Origin: Candidatus Poribacteria bacterium
GTDB taxonomy: Bacteria > Poribacteria > WGA-4E > WGA-3G
NCBI GenBank assembly: GCA_963663765.2
Contig: CAXXUA010000013.1
Location: 224,001-288,000, forward strand
Reading direction: 5' to 3'
Length of the DNA: 64,000 nt
Shown here: piece after piece, positions 49,269 to 59,700 of the stretch
How positions within the stretch are numbered: the first letter of the stretch is position 1
How the letters are laid out: the number at the start of each line of letters is the position of its first letter
Made by a program: the position numbers and the translations under genes
The notes under the pieces: generated by a model
Database searches by the model: none
The model's input: the letters and a program-made list of their open reading frames with translations, nothing else
Told to the model about the DNA's origin: nothing

Positions 49269-51152
49269 ATGAAATCAACATTTTCTACTCTGGTTATACT
49301 GTTTTTCTCATTCTTCTGTTTCACATATTACCCACTACCTGCATCTGCACAAGATTACACCAAATGGGAACTACCTCAAAATGCAAAGGTACGACTTGGA
49401 AAGGGAATGTTAATCGGAAATATCGCGTTTTCTCCTGATAGTTCACAGATAGCCGTCTGTTCAACCATCGGTGTTTGGATTTACGACGCAGTTAATGAAA
49501 AAGAACAACATCTCTTTAGAAAACATGCAGATAAATGGGTACGGTGTGTTGCATATTCACCTGATGGATCTACCATTGCAGTCGGTGATGGGGGGAGAGA
49601 TAACAAAAACTTATACTTGATTGATGCCACAACTGAAGAATTAATCACCAGACTAAAACATGATTATGGAAGCGTTTTTTCTGTTGCTTTTTCTCTCAAT
49701 GGAAATACCCTCGTCAGCGGAGGAAATAACTACATACGTATCTGGAATCTCAATACAATGGAAGAAATTGCTAATAATGTACATCCTAGGGGTAAGGTCG
49801 ATTCCATAGCCTTTTCTCCTAAGGGGAATACAATTGCAAGTGCTGACGATCAAAATGTATTCTTGTGGGATGCTACCTCTGGTGAGCAAAAAGCTACGTT
49901 CAGTGGTCATATTGCTCACGGACCAGGACAAATCTATTCTGTCGCGTTTTCTCCTGATGGGAAAACTGTCGCAAGTGCTGGTAAAGATAAAACCGTAATA
50001 TTATGGGATGTGGAAACTGAATCTATTCACCGAGTCCTTACTGGACATCGTGATGAAGTACTTTCTGTAGCATTTTCTCCTGATGGACAGATCATCGTTA
50101 GCGGATGTAAGAACAGTATAATAAGACTGTGGAACGCATCCACAGGTAGAGTCAAAGCTGCTCTCTCTGGACATAAAGGTGCAGTAAAATCAGTTGTGTT
50201 TTCACCTGATGGAAATTCTATAGCAAGTGCAAGCGAAGAGGATGGAACGGTAAAACTGTGGGATGTAAAAACAAGAAAAGTTAAACACACTTTTGATGGT
50301 CATTTGAGTTCTGTTCATGACATCGGTTATTCACCTGACGGCAAAATTATCGCTACTGACCATGATGAAAAACATTTATGTTTGTGGGATGCACAAACCG
50401 GACATCTCATTTCCAAACTTCTTAGTAATGAAAGCGATTCACTTGCATTTTCACCTGAAGGAAAAACTATCGTTGTGGGAAGAATCGATGGGTTAGGACT
50501 ATGGAATGTAGACACCAAAACGTATAAGCCAGTGCGCATCTCAAAAAAAGGAGTAGTATATTCAATTGCATATTCTCCAAATGGTAAAACTGTCGTCAGC
50601 GGAAGCGGAAATGAGTTGAATTTGTGGGATTTGACGACAAAAACACACATATCCACCCTTTCCGGGCATACCGATACAGTTCGTTCTGTCGTCTTCTCCC
50701 CCAGTGGAAACATAATTGCATCGGCAAGCGAAGACAAAACCTTACGTTTATGGAACGTAACCACTCAAGCTGAAAAAGGAATTCTAAATGGACACACTGA
50801 GAGAGTTCAAGCTGTTGCATTTTCTCCTGATGGTAAAAGACTTGTGAGTGGCGATATGGAAGGCGAAGTACGTTTATGGGATGCGACAACAGGAGAAGCA
50901 ATCTCTCTGCTTGCTAAACATGATTCGTTTGTACATTCAATCGCGTTTTCTCCTGATGGAAAAACCATACTTGGTGGAGGTGGGAATAGTTTTACAACAG
51001 TTTTGTGGGATGCAAAATCAGGTGAAATATTAGCAACCTTTGAAAAACATAACAGCACTGTCTACCATGCAATATTCTCTCCTGATGGTAAGACTATAGC
51101 CAGCACAGGACGGGATGGCGTAGTCCTGCTATGGGACAGTCCCACTGAATAA
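49269..51152 (+). CDS. Secreted WD40-repeat protein (14 blades, probable tandem beta-propeller)
   Basis: Signal peptide ending ASA|QD; 14 (A/V)FSPDG-like repeats with GH...WD boundaries. Confidence 0.92.
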   Translation: MKSTFSTLVILFFSFFCFTYYPLPASAQDYTKWELPQNAKVRLGKGMLIGNIAFSPDSSQIAVCSTIGVWIYDAVNEKEQHLFRKHADKWVRCVAYSPDGSTIAVGDGGRDNKNLYLIDATTEELITRLKHDYGSVFSVAFSLNGNTLVSGGNNYIRIWNLNTMEEIANNVHPRGKVDSIAFSPKGNTIASADDQNVFLWDATSGEQKATFSGHIAHGPGQIYSVAFSPDGKTVASAGKDKTVILWDVETESIHRVLTGHRDEVLSVAFSPDGQIIVSGCKNSIIRLWNASTGRVKAALSGHKGAVKSVVFSPDGNSIASASEEDGTVKLWDVKTRKVKHTFDGHLSSVHDIGYSPDGKIIATDHDEKHLCLWDAQTGHLISKLLSNESDSLAFSPEGKTIVVGRIDGLGLWNVDTKTYKPVRISKKGVVYSIAYSPNGKTVVSGSGNELNLWDLTTKTHISTLSGHTDTVRSVVFSPSGNIIASASEDKTLRLWNVTTQAEKGILNGHTERVQAVAFSPDGKRLVSGDMEGEVRLWDATTGEAISLLAKHDSFVHSIAFSPDGKTILGGGGNSFTTVLWDAKSGEILATFEKHNSTVYHAIFSPDGKTIASTGRDGVVLLWDSPTE

Positions 51153-51181
51153 GATGTCAATTTACATCAAAACAATTGCTA

Positions 51182-52174
51182 TCAGTCAATCATTTGACAA
51201 ATTGTATCCCATACCTCATCAACAGAAATCTTTTTCATACAAATGTTATCTTTACATTTATCTGTAAACTGTTTACAAGGACTACACGGCACATCATGAC
51301 GAATAACATGATGCTTCTCACCAATAGGTTGGAATTTTACATGATTACCAGGACCAAATAAGGCTAAAGTAGGGGTATTCACTGCAGTTGCAATATGCAT
51401 AGGACCAGTATCATTGGAAAGAAACAAATCACACTTTTCTATACAAGCAGCTAACTGCCGAAGATGGAGTACACCTGCAAAAGAATAGGATGGGTGTTGC
51501 ATCAGACTGGAAACGCTTCGAACAAGTTCCACCTCTTTCGGTCCACCAAATAGAATAACCTGAGCGTTGAATTCTTCCACAAGTCTATCACCAATAGCAG
51601 CAAAACGATCTGGCATCCATTCACGTAACTTCCAGCCTGCACCTGGGAATAGACCTATCTTTAAAGGAATCTCTGAAATACCTGCTTCTTCAAAGGTAAA
51701 ACACGCATCTGCGCGCTCAGTGTTTGATAGAAATATTTCTAATTGACGATCTTCGGCAGGAATACCAGCAGCACGCAATAGATCAAAATAGTGTTCCGTG
51801 GCATGTTTATTCCCCTGAACAGGAACACGAATGGTACATAACATACCCTTTCCGACACGTTCTGAGGCACCGCTGAAATACATTAGGAGTTCTGTCCGAA
51901 ACCTACGTTGAAAATCAAATGAAACTGCAAATTCACGTTGACGCAAAATACGAACAATCCGAAGCATCTCTTTTGTATCCTTGTCTTTGGCTGTCCGATT
52001 AAATTGAATGATCTCATTAAGGTGAGGGTTATTTCTAAGAACATCTGCTGATTGTTTAGCAACAAGCATCGCTAAATAAGCCTTGGGGTAGTGGGTACGG
52101 ATTGCACGAATAGCAGGGGTTGTCAACACAATATCTCCAAGAGAACTTAGCCGAATCAGTAATATCTTTTCCAT
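51182..52174 (-). CDS. GT9-family LPS heptosyltransferase (WaaF/RfaF-like)
   Basis: IRLSSLGDIV, PGAGW..REW, NDTGPMHIA, LFGP, C.PC...C..C..M. Confidence 0.9.
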   Translation of the reverse strand: MEKILLIRLSSLGDIVLTTPAIRAIRTHYPKAYLAMLVAKQSADVLRNNPHLNEIIQFNRTAKDKDTKEMLRIVRILRQREFAVSFDFQRRFRTELLMYFSGASERVGKGMLCTIRVPVQGNKHATEHYFDLLRAAGIPAEDRQLEIFLSNTERADACFTFEEAGISEIPLKIGLFPGAGWKLREWMPDRFAAIGDRLVEEFNAQVILFGGPKEVELVRSVSSLMQHPSYSFAGVLHLRQLAACIEKCDLFLSNDTGPMHIATAVNTPTLALFGPGNHVKFQPIGEKHHVIRHDVPCSPCKQFTDKCKDNICMKKISVDEVWDTICQMID

Positions 52175-52309
52175 AGTTCTGAGTCCATTTTTGTTGGTGC
52201 AAAAACTTTCACAACATCTGAAAACGCAAAATAATGAAGAAACTTATACATGCGACTAAAAAATATTATCCTTCTAAGAAATCTTCTGCAACATCAATGA
52301 TAAATTATA

Positions 52310-53503
52310 CTATTCATAAGAAAAACTGACAACCTGTTTCTCAATACCTTTCATCGTTGCATCAACAAGTGCTGTAATATCAAGTCCCGCTTCTGCTTTA
52401 TCTAATTCTGAAACAGAAGCATGCGTAGCAGGATGCTTTGGAACAAAAAGAGAACAACAATCTTGATGTGGTTGTGTGGATATTTCAAATGTACCAATCT
52501 CCTCTGCTTTAGCAATGATTTCAACCTTATCAAAACCAATAAGCGGACGGAGAATCGGCATTTCAGCAATTGCTTCAATAGACCGAAGGTTAGTAAGGGT
52601 CTGTGAAGCAACTTGCGCAAGGCTTTCACCCGTAACGAGTGCTTCCGCATCAACACGCGAAGCAACATGTTGTGCAATCCGAGTCATCATTCTACGATAT
52701 AGCAAAACCCTAAACGGTGTTGGTGTTTCTGTTACAATAATTTGTTGAAGGTCAGCAAACGGAACTAAATAAACTTCGCTTCTATAATTTGACTCTGACA
52801 AGATACGAGCCAACTCAATTACCTTTTCTAAAGATGCTTTATCCGTATACGGATAACTATAGAAGTGGATAAAAACCGCCTTAGCACCCCGCTTAATCAT
52901 TTGCCAAGCAGCAACAGGAGAATCAATACCACCAGACAACATCACAAGTATTTTACCACTAACACCAACGGGTAGACCACCTATCCCTCGCTGTTTATTT
53001 GTATAGATATAAGCATCTTTATGGGATATATTAACCCAAAATCGCAGATCAGGATTGTACATATCCGCTTGTGTACCTGTCTTTTTTATCAAGTACCCTC
53101 CTACTTCACTACTAATCTCAGGAGAAGTCAATGGGAATGCCTTATCGGTCCGTTTCGTTTCTACTTTGAGTGTCTCAAATGTCTTACCTTCTGTCAACTG
53201 AAGAGCGGTTTCTTTTATAGCTGTGATGTCCTTTTCTGTCCGATAAACAAGTTCAAAATGAGCGATACCCATGACACGTCGAAGACGGTTCTCAATTTCT
53301 TTATTATCAGTTTCATCATTTAGATAGACAACAATTCTATCGTGTAATCTTTTTACTTCTACAAAGTCAGTATCCCGTAAGGAGAGTTTTATATTCCGCG
53401 CAAGTTTCTTTTCAAAATACAACCTATTTTTGCCTTTTAGTGCAACTTCAGCATAATGAATGACATAGTACTTATCAGTAGATTTCATTTTATACCCATT
53501 CAT
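52310..53503 (-). CDS. thiI: tRNA 4-thiouridine synthase ThiI (no rhodanese domain)
   Basis: YAEVALKGKNR, THUMP domain, GGLPVG, SGGIDS PP-loop, GESLAQVASQT, RPLIGFDK, DCC. Confidence 0.95.
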   Translation of the reverse strand: MNGYKMKSTDKYYVIHYAEVALKGKNRLYFEKKLARNIKLSLRDTDFVEVKRLHDRIVVYLNDETDNKEIENRLRRVMGIAHFELVYRTEKDITAIKETALQLTEGKTFETLKVETKRTDKAFPLTSPEISSEVGGYLIKKTGTQADMYNPDLRFWVNISHKDAYIYTNKQRGIGGLPVGVSGKILVMLSGGIDSPVAAWQMIKRGAKAVFIHFYSYPYTDKASLEKVIELARILSESNYRSEVYLVPFADLQQIIVTETPTPFRVLLYRRMMTRIAQHVASRVDAEALVTGESLAQVASQTLTNLRSIEAIAEMPILRPLIGFDKVEIIAKAEEIGTFEISTQPHQDCCSLFVPKHPATHASVSELDKAEAGLDITALVDATMKGIEKQVVSFSYE

Positions 53504-53557
53504 GTTGGATCACTATGTATATCTTCTTAGATTGCAATATTGATAATTGCAGATAAT

Positions 53558-54244
53558 CTAAGAAATAACTGACTCTGTTAAACGAAAATGCAACTTCGCA
53601 ACATCACTCAAGGCTTCAATTCCATGTAATCTCACAAACGCTTTTCCTGCATCAACAACTTGGTATGATCCCCTGGGCAATGATATTTTATATTGCTGCG
53701 ACAACGCTTCAATACCTTTCAGGAATGCATCACGCGCAATAACGGACGCTGCAGCGACTGCAATGTCCCTTTCTGCTTTAGGTATCTCTAATATCTCTAT
53801 AACTGAATTATCTTGGTTATTTTCTTTCTCTATATATTTCTGTAGCTGCGTTTCAATTATACCGTTACTTGCAAACTGATCGATCAAAGCATGGTTTACA
53901 TCGTTCACATTAGTAAGTGTCTGAATTACCTCAATATGAAGATTCGCAAGCATCGTATTGAGATTATCTCCATTTTCTCGCAAGCACTTGTAGCGTGGAT
54001 TATATTCGTTTGGCATCACTTGAGCAACAGCGATATGTTCACAATGATGGTTCCACATCCAATCTGCCAGTTTTCTGATACGTGGATTTGAGACCTTTTT
54101 GCCATCAGTTATTCCTTGTGTCAAAAGTTCATCACGAATTTCACAATCAACATATACCCCCGCAACAACCAAGGGTCCAAAATAGTCTCCTTTACCTGCT
54201 TCATCTGTTCCTATCCATCTGTTCCAATTGTGTATTTCATCCAT
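53558..54244 (-). CDS. rnhC: Ribonuclease HIII (short form)
   Basis: IGTDEAGKGDYFGPLVV, IDQF, AVAAASVIAR, LPRG, AKLHF are the RNase HIII-type motifs. Confidence 0.8.
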   Translation of the reverse strand: MDEIHNWNRWIGTDEAGKGDYFGPLVVAGVYVDCEIRDELLTQGITDGKKVSNPRIRKLADWMWNHHCEHIAVAQVMPNEYNPRYKCLRENGDNLNTMLANLHIEVIQTLTNVNDVNHALIDQFASNGIIETQLQKYIEKENNQDNSVIEILEIPKAERDIAVAAASVIARDAFLKGIEALSQQYKISLPRGSYQVVDAGKAFVRLHGIEALSDVAKLHFRLTESVIS

Positions 54245-54251
54245 ATTTATG

Positions 54252-54851
54252 TTACAACTTATTTCCAGATTTACAAAGCGCTGCGAACTGTGTTACCTGA
54301 CGACCTACCGCTTTAACACGTGCTGCCAATTCAGAATCATGTAGGTTACCATCTTCATCAAACGCTTCAGACGCACAAGCAATAGATGCCTCTGTCGGAA
54401 TAACCCATGCACGCAATGTAGTTCCAACCGTCCTCAGCATTGACAATGCATTACCAGCACCTAATCTGCCACCAGAAACACCTATTAAACCAACAACCTT
54501 ATTCTCAAATTCATCATACCACATCAAATCTAATGCATTCTTTAATACACCGCTAAAACTTCCATGATACTCAGGTGTACCAAGCAAGATGCCCTGTGCA
54601 CATTTGACCTTTTCACGAAGTTTGATAACATCGTCAGGATATTGTGACACATCTGTAACTGATCCATAAAATATAAGCTGATATTGACTCAGATCTATCA
54701 ATTCTACTTCAGCACCAAGTTCTTTCGCACCAGCAAGAGCAATGGACAATGCTGCGTGGGTAGTACTCCCTTTCCGCAGACTCCCACACAGACCAATAAC
54801 ATTGATCTGTTCAACATCGGAATTCAGTTCATTGTGCTTATATTTACTCAT
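54252..54851 (-). CDS. NADPH-dependent FMN reductase
   Basis: GSLRKGS, TPEYHGSFSGVLKNALD, SGG..GA. Confidence 0.92.
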   Translation of the reverse strand: MSKYKHNELNSDVEQINVIGLCGSLRKGSTTHAALSIALAGAKELGAEVELIDLSQYQLIFYGSVTDVSQYPDDVIKLREKVKCAQGILLGTPEYHGSFSGVLKNALDLMWYDEFENKVVGLIGVSGGRLGAGNALSMLRTVGTTLRAWVIPTEASIACASEAFDEDGNLHDSELAARVKAVGRQVTQFAALCKSGNKL

Positions 54852-54985
54852 GATATTACTGCAATGTATGCCATAAAATTATTTGCAGATACCTCAATGC
54901 TGATATATTCTCTCTGATATTGTACCTATTATATACGAAACAAGGATAAAAAACAAGGATGTGAATTGGATTGAAAACTGATTAC

Positions 54986-55014
54986 TTGACAATTGCTTAA
55001 TTGTGCGTTAGAAT
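54986..55014 (+). promoter_or_regulatory. Putative sigma70 promoter for fumC
   Basis: TTGACA-17 nt-TAGAAT, about 57 nt upstream of the start. Confidence 0.65.
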
Positions 55015-55071
55015 TGCAGTCGTAAACACATTACATAATGACATTTTTGGATAATCTAAAATAAGAGGATA

Positions 55072-56466
55072 ATGATGAAGACACGAATAGAAAAAGACAG
55101 TTTGGGGGATGTAGAAGTTCCAGAAGAAGCATATTGGGGTGCACAGACACAACGCGCATACCAAAATTTTGATATCGGTGATGAATATTTTCCAACGACA
55201 TTCCTCCGTTCTCTTGCAATTATCAAGCATGCAGCTGCAACTGTTAATGCTGAACTTGGTGGGATTACATCTGAAATAGCGGACCTTATATGTCGTGCTG
55301 CAGATGATATAGCAAATGGGAGTCTTGCAGATCAATTTCCGCTACGGATTTGGCAAACTGGCAGTGGTACTCAGACACACATGAATATCAATGAGGTGAT
55401 AGCAAACCGAGCTAATGAACTTGCTGGGAAAGGTCTCGGTGTGAAATCTCCTGTACATCCCAATGACCATGTGAATCGTTCACAATCTACAAACGATGTT
55501 TTTCCTACTGCTATACATTTTGCGGTTGTGACGCAAATTGTTGAGCGTTTATTGCCTGCTACCGTTGACTTGCAAACAACTTTTGAGGAAAAAACTGAAG
55601 AATTCTCCGGGATTGTCAAGACTGGGAGAACACATCTGATGGATGCGACTCCGTTGACATTAGGTCAGGTCTTCAGTGGGTATGCACAGCAGTTAGCACA
55701 TGCACAACAAGCAATTAGTGACACACTTACACATTTATATGAATTACCTATAGGTGGGACCGCAGTGGGTACAGGATTAAATACACACTCAGATTATGCC
55801 GAAACTGTTGCTTCAGTAATTGCTGACCGGACTGGACTTCCTTTTGTTACTGCACCAAACAAGTTTGAAGCGATGGGAAGTAGAGATGCTTTAGTATCAG
55901 CAAGTGGTGCGTTGAAACGATTAGCGTGTGCATTGTATAAGATAGCAAACGACATTCGTTGGTTAGGGAGTGGTCCGCGTTGCGGAATCGGGGAATTGAT
56001 TCTCCCAGAGAATGAACCTGGAAGTTCTATTATGCCCGGAAAAGTTAACCCGACGCAGTGTGAGGCTATGACAATGGTGTGTGCTCAAGTTATTGGAAAT
56101 GATACAACAATTTCATTAGCTGGCAGCGCGGGTAATTTTGAACTGAACGTATTTATGCCTGTAATTGCTTTCAACAGTCTTCAGTCAATTCGGATATTAG
56201 CCGATGCGTGTGACGCATTTAGACAACACTGTATTGTCGGTATTCAAGCAAATAAAGCAGTCATTGATGGGTATCTAAACGCATCTTTGATGTTAGTAAC
56301 TGCGTTGACACCCAAGATAGGATATGATGCAGCTGCCAAACTTGCACAAAAAGCACATCATGATGGGTCAACTCTCAAGGAAGTGGCAATAGAGGAAGGT
56401 GTGTTGACTGATGAAGAATTCGATGCACTTGTTGTCCCTGGTGATATGGTTGCACCGAATTTATAG
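55072..56466 (+). CDS. fumC: Class II fumarate hydratase
   Basis: [44 protein letters not shown]. Confidence 0.97.
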   Translation: MMKTRIEKDSLGDVEVPEEAYWGAQTQRAYQNFDIGDEYFPTTFLRSLAIIKHAAATVNAELGGITSEIADLICRAADDIANGSLADQFPLRIWQTGSGTQTHMNINEVIANRANELAGKGLGVKSPVHPNDHVNRSQSTNDVFPTAIHFAVVTQIVERLLPATVDLQTTFEEKTEEFSGIVKTGRTHLMDATPLTLGQVFSGYAQQLAHAQQAISDTLTHLYELPIGGTAVGTGLNTHSDYAETVASVIADRTGLPFVTAPNKFEAMGSRDALVSASGALKRLACALYKIANDIRWLGSGPRCGIGELILPENEPGSSIMPGKVNPTQCEAMTMVCAQVIGNDTTISLAGSAGNFELNVFMPVIAFNSLQSIRILADACDAFRQHCIVGIQANKAVIDGYLNASLMLVTALTPKIGYDAAAKLAQKAHHDGSTLKEVAIEEGVLTDEEFDALVVPGDMVAPNL

Positions 56467-56523
56467 TGATTAAGACCATTTCTAATTAATTTGTCTCATT
56501 TAGGAATTCTACATTTATTACTG

Positions 56524-56712
56524 TTGGAGGACCTCACTTCGGTAGGAACAACCTACCGGTCGCGACCGGTTAGTCGCCCCTACAAGAACCCACGACAATA
56601 GAATCTTATTTTTTAGAATTGGTATTACATGAGAGTATCTTGACTGAACCAAGATTTGCTGATAGTCAATGTCCTTTTCATATATGGCTTGATCCATAAA
56701 ATCTTGATTCAG
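56524..56712. repeat. REP/MITE-like mosaic between convergent fumC and rpoC
   Basis: gtaggaac..gcccctac pair containing the perfect palindrome accggtcgcgaccggt; tttagaattggta end (56612-56624); IR ctgaaccaagattt (56644) / aaatcttgattcag (56699-56712). Confidence 0.6.
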
Positions 56713-56724
56713 ATCTCACAATGT

Positions 56725-59700
56725 CTAACTCAACGTCTCTTCTATTTCATCAGTGGGTTCTGGAAGTTCTTCTGGTTCAGGATTCGGGATTGCATTGCTT
56801 GTAACCTCAAGTTCCCTCCATTCAGAGAAACCCGTTCCAGCAGGGATAAGTCGTCCAAGAATTACATTTTCCTTCAAACCTCTGAGTAGATCTGTTTGTC
56901 CTTCTACTGCTGCATCAGATAGTACTTTACGTGTTTCCTGGAAGCTGGCTGCTGAAATGAAACTCTCTGTACTGAGCGATGCTTTGCTAATGCTTTGTAA
57001 CACTGGTTTTCCTGTTGCCGGTTCACCCCCATCTTGTTCAATGCGTCTATTCTCTGCATGGAATCTGTGTCGTGGAACTTCATCATTAGCGAAGAATTCA
57101 GTATCACCTACAGACAGTATTTTTATCTTTTGCAACATCTGTCGCACTATTACTTCTACGTGTTTGTCGTTGATGGTATTGTTTCCGGGATAAACTGTTT
57201 GTACTTCATCAACGAGATAAGCCCAGACTGCTTCTTCACCCTCAATTGAATGTCCGTTGATGGTAGTTCTTCCGATTTCAAGGATATCGTGTGGGTTCAG
57301 GAAACCATCAGTAAGGGGTTGTCCAGCTTCAATCCAGTCTCCATCGTCTACACGCCTTTTTTCATCAGTAATAGAATAGAGTCTGCTTTTTGTTGCCCCA
57401 TCAACAATTCTGTATTGTGGCACACCTGCTTTTTGACCTGTGAGTTGGACATTCCCATCAATCTCTGCGATTTCTGCAGCGTCTTGCCGTTTAGGAGGAC
57501 GTGCTTCAAAGAGTCCTGTCACCCGTGGTATGCCTGCTACGATGTCAAGGTTAGTTGTTTTTTCGTGTAACTCTGCCAAAGCCTGCTGTGCCTTAACCTT
57601 TTCACCTTCTTTGAGTGTACCGGAATACCCGTTGGGAATCAAGTGAGATACTCTGGCACCGTTTGAGGTTACTATATCAATACGGAACCTTTCTTTTAGA
57701 TCATCAACTTCAACGCCTGGATACTGTTCATAAGCAGTGGCATATTCCCAATCTTTAAGCGTTTGTCCAACAGTCAGAGTGCAGTTTGGATGAATTATAT
57801 TGGTAACTTCATAAGTATTCTTTGATGTGGCTGCAGTTACTTTCTTATAGTCTGCATCACTTAGGAATTCATCAACTGTGAGTTCGGTTTCAGCATCATT
57901 AACCTTTGTTACCTTGAAGACGCGTTCTGTATCAAATCCTTTGTAAAGCCTCAATGCCCGTTTATACTCGGTTTCGTCTATACGTTCACCAACAGTAAGT
58001 TGACATTCGCTATGATGAACTGCCAGAATATGGTAATAAAGTTTGTATTCTGGCGGCGGCGTGTCAGTCTCACGATGTGTTTTTACCAATGCTTTGTATT
58101 CCGAGTCCATTAGTACTTCTTCAGAATCACTTTCTTCAGTTTCAGGTATATAGAGTTTTTCAAAGTCAAAACCTCTGTAGCTTCTTCGGAATTTGTTGGA
58201 TTCAGATTGTGTGATTCGTTCATCAACAGCAACGGGGAAATCTGGATGATGTATTGCCACGACTTGATACAATCTTTCAACTTCAAACGCTTCCTCGTTT
58301 TTTGCGACATTTACATCAAATCCTGGGTATTGCTTCATTAAAGCCTTTTTCTCAGTATCGGTAAGGAGGATTCCAGGTTCTAACTTACAGTCCGTATTGT
58401 GTATTGCTGTAATCCGATGTTTAAGTGGGTCTACCGTAACACCACTAAATTTCTCACGTAAAGTTTCTAAGTTTGCACTTTCAATGAGTTCCCCAGGTTT
58501 CAGTGGACAGTCAGGATGCGTAACTTTTGTAACTCGAAACTGTGGGTTTGATAGTTTCTGCACTTCAAATGACTTATTTTCTTCCTGCGTGCGGCGGACT
58601 TCTGCAACAGTTAGTTCTTGTCCCTTTTCAATATCAACATCATCATAGACTTCTTTTACGGTATAAACAGGGTCACCAAATTCAATGTGGTATTGACTTT
58701 CTTCTTCAGGAGTTAATAGATCACCTATACTATGTGGAAAGTCGGGATCACTTACAGTTTCGATTTTATACTTCATTTGTGCTTTTTCTTTATTATTTTT
58801 CTTTTGCAAGTATTCACTTTCGGTAAGGATGTCTCCCTTATTAGTTTGATAAACCCATTCACCGTCAAAGGGACGGATTTTAGCACGCCATTCTTCTGCT
58901 TTGCTTTCAGTCAAAAGTCTACCTGGTCTTAACGAGGTCTTTGGTTTTGATACACTGATGACGGGATAACGGGCTTCATTACAACGGAATAGTGCGTATT
59001 TCTGAGAATACACATGGTATTCTTGTTCCGTAAGGTACTGACCCACTATCAATGAAGCATCTTTATCAGAAGCTGCTTCAATAACATCCGGACGGTTAAT
59101 CTGTCTGACTTCGTAATAGACAGTTTCTACTTCAAAACCGGGATACCTTTCATTGTTTTCCTGCTTCTGTTTTTCTGTAAGGAGTTCTTCTGGTTGCAGT
59201 TTACATTCAGGATGTTGTACCGATCTGACCTTATATTTCGGTTGGTCTGGGTGTTCAGCGACTTGTTGTGCAATCCACAAACCACTTTCTTCACGAACGG
59301 TGCGGCCGGGTATATAGTCACGGAAGCGAACATTCCCCGATGCCTTTGCCAGAATTTTACGAGCAAGACGTTCACTCATATCTTCAACAACACCACCCGT
59401 GTGGAAAGTACGCATTGTCAACTGCGTGCCAGGTTCACCAATTGACTGTGCTGCAATAATTCCTATTGCTTCACCTACATTCACAAATTGCCCTGAAGTT
59501 AAATCTGAACCATAGCAGGTTGCACACGCACCTTTTTCTGCTTCACAAGTGAGAATGGACTTTACACGTACACTGGGTACATCTATATCTTCAATGTGTT
59601 GTGCCATCTGAGGTGTGATGATCGAATCAGTTTCTACTAATACTTCCTCTGTTTCAGGGTGAATTATTGGTTCGACCGCGACTCTACCACTAATCTTATG

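Noticed and set aside
57700-59235. Intein or frameshift/assembly duplication as the cause of the long rpoC
   Set aside because: No Cys/Ser...His-Asn splice motifs or homing endonuclease. The repeats are highly diverged at DNA level and the frame is continuous, which argues for an old protein-level expansion.
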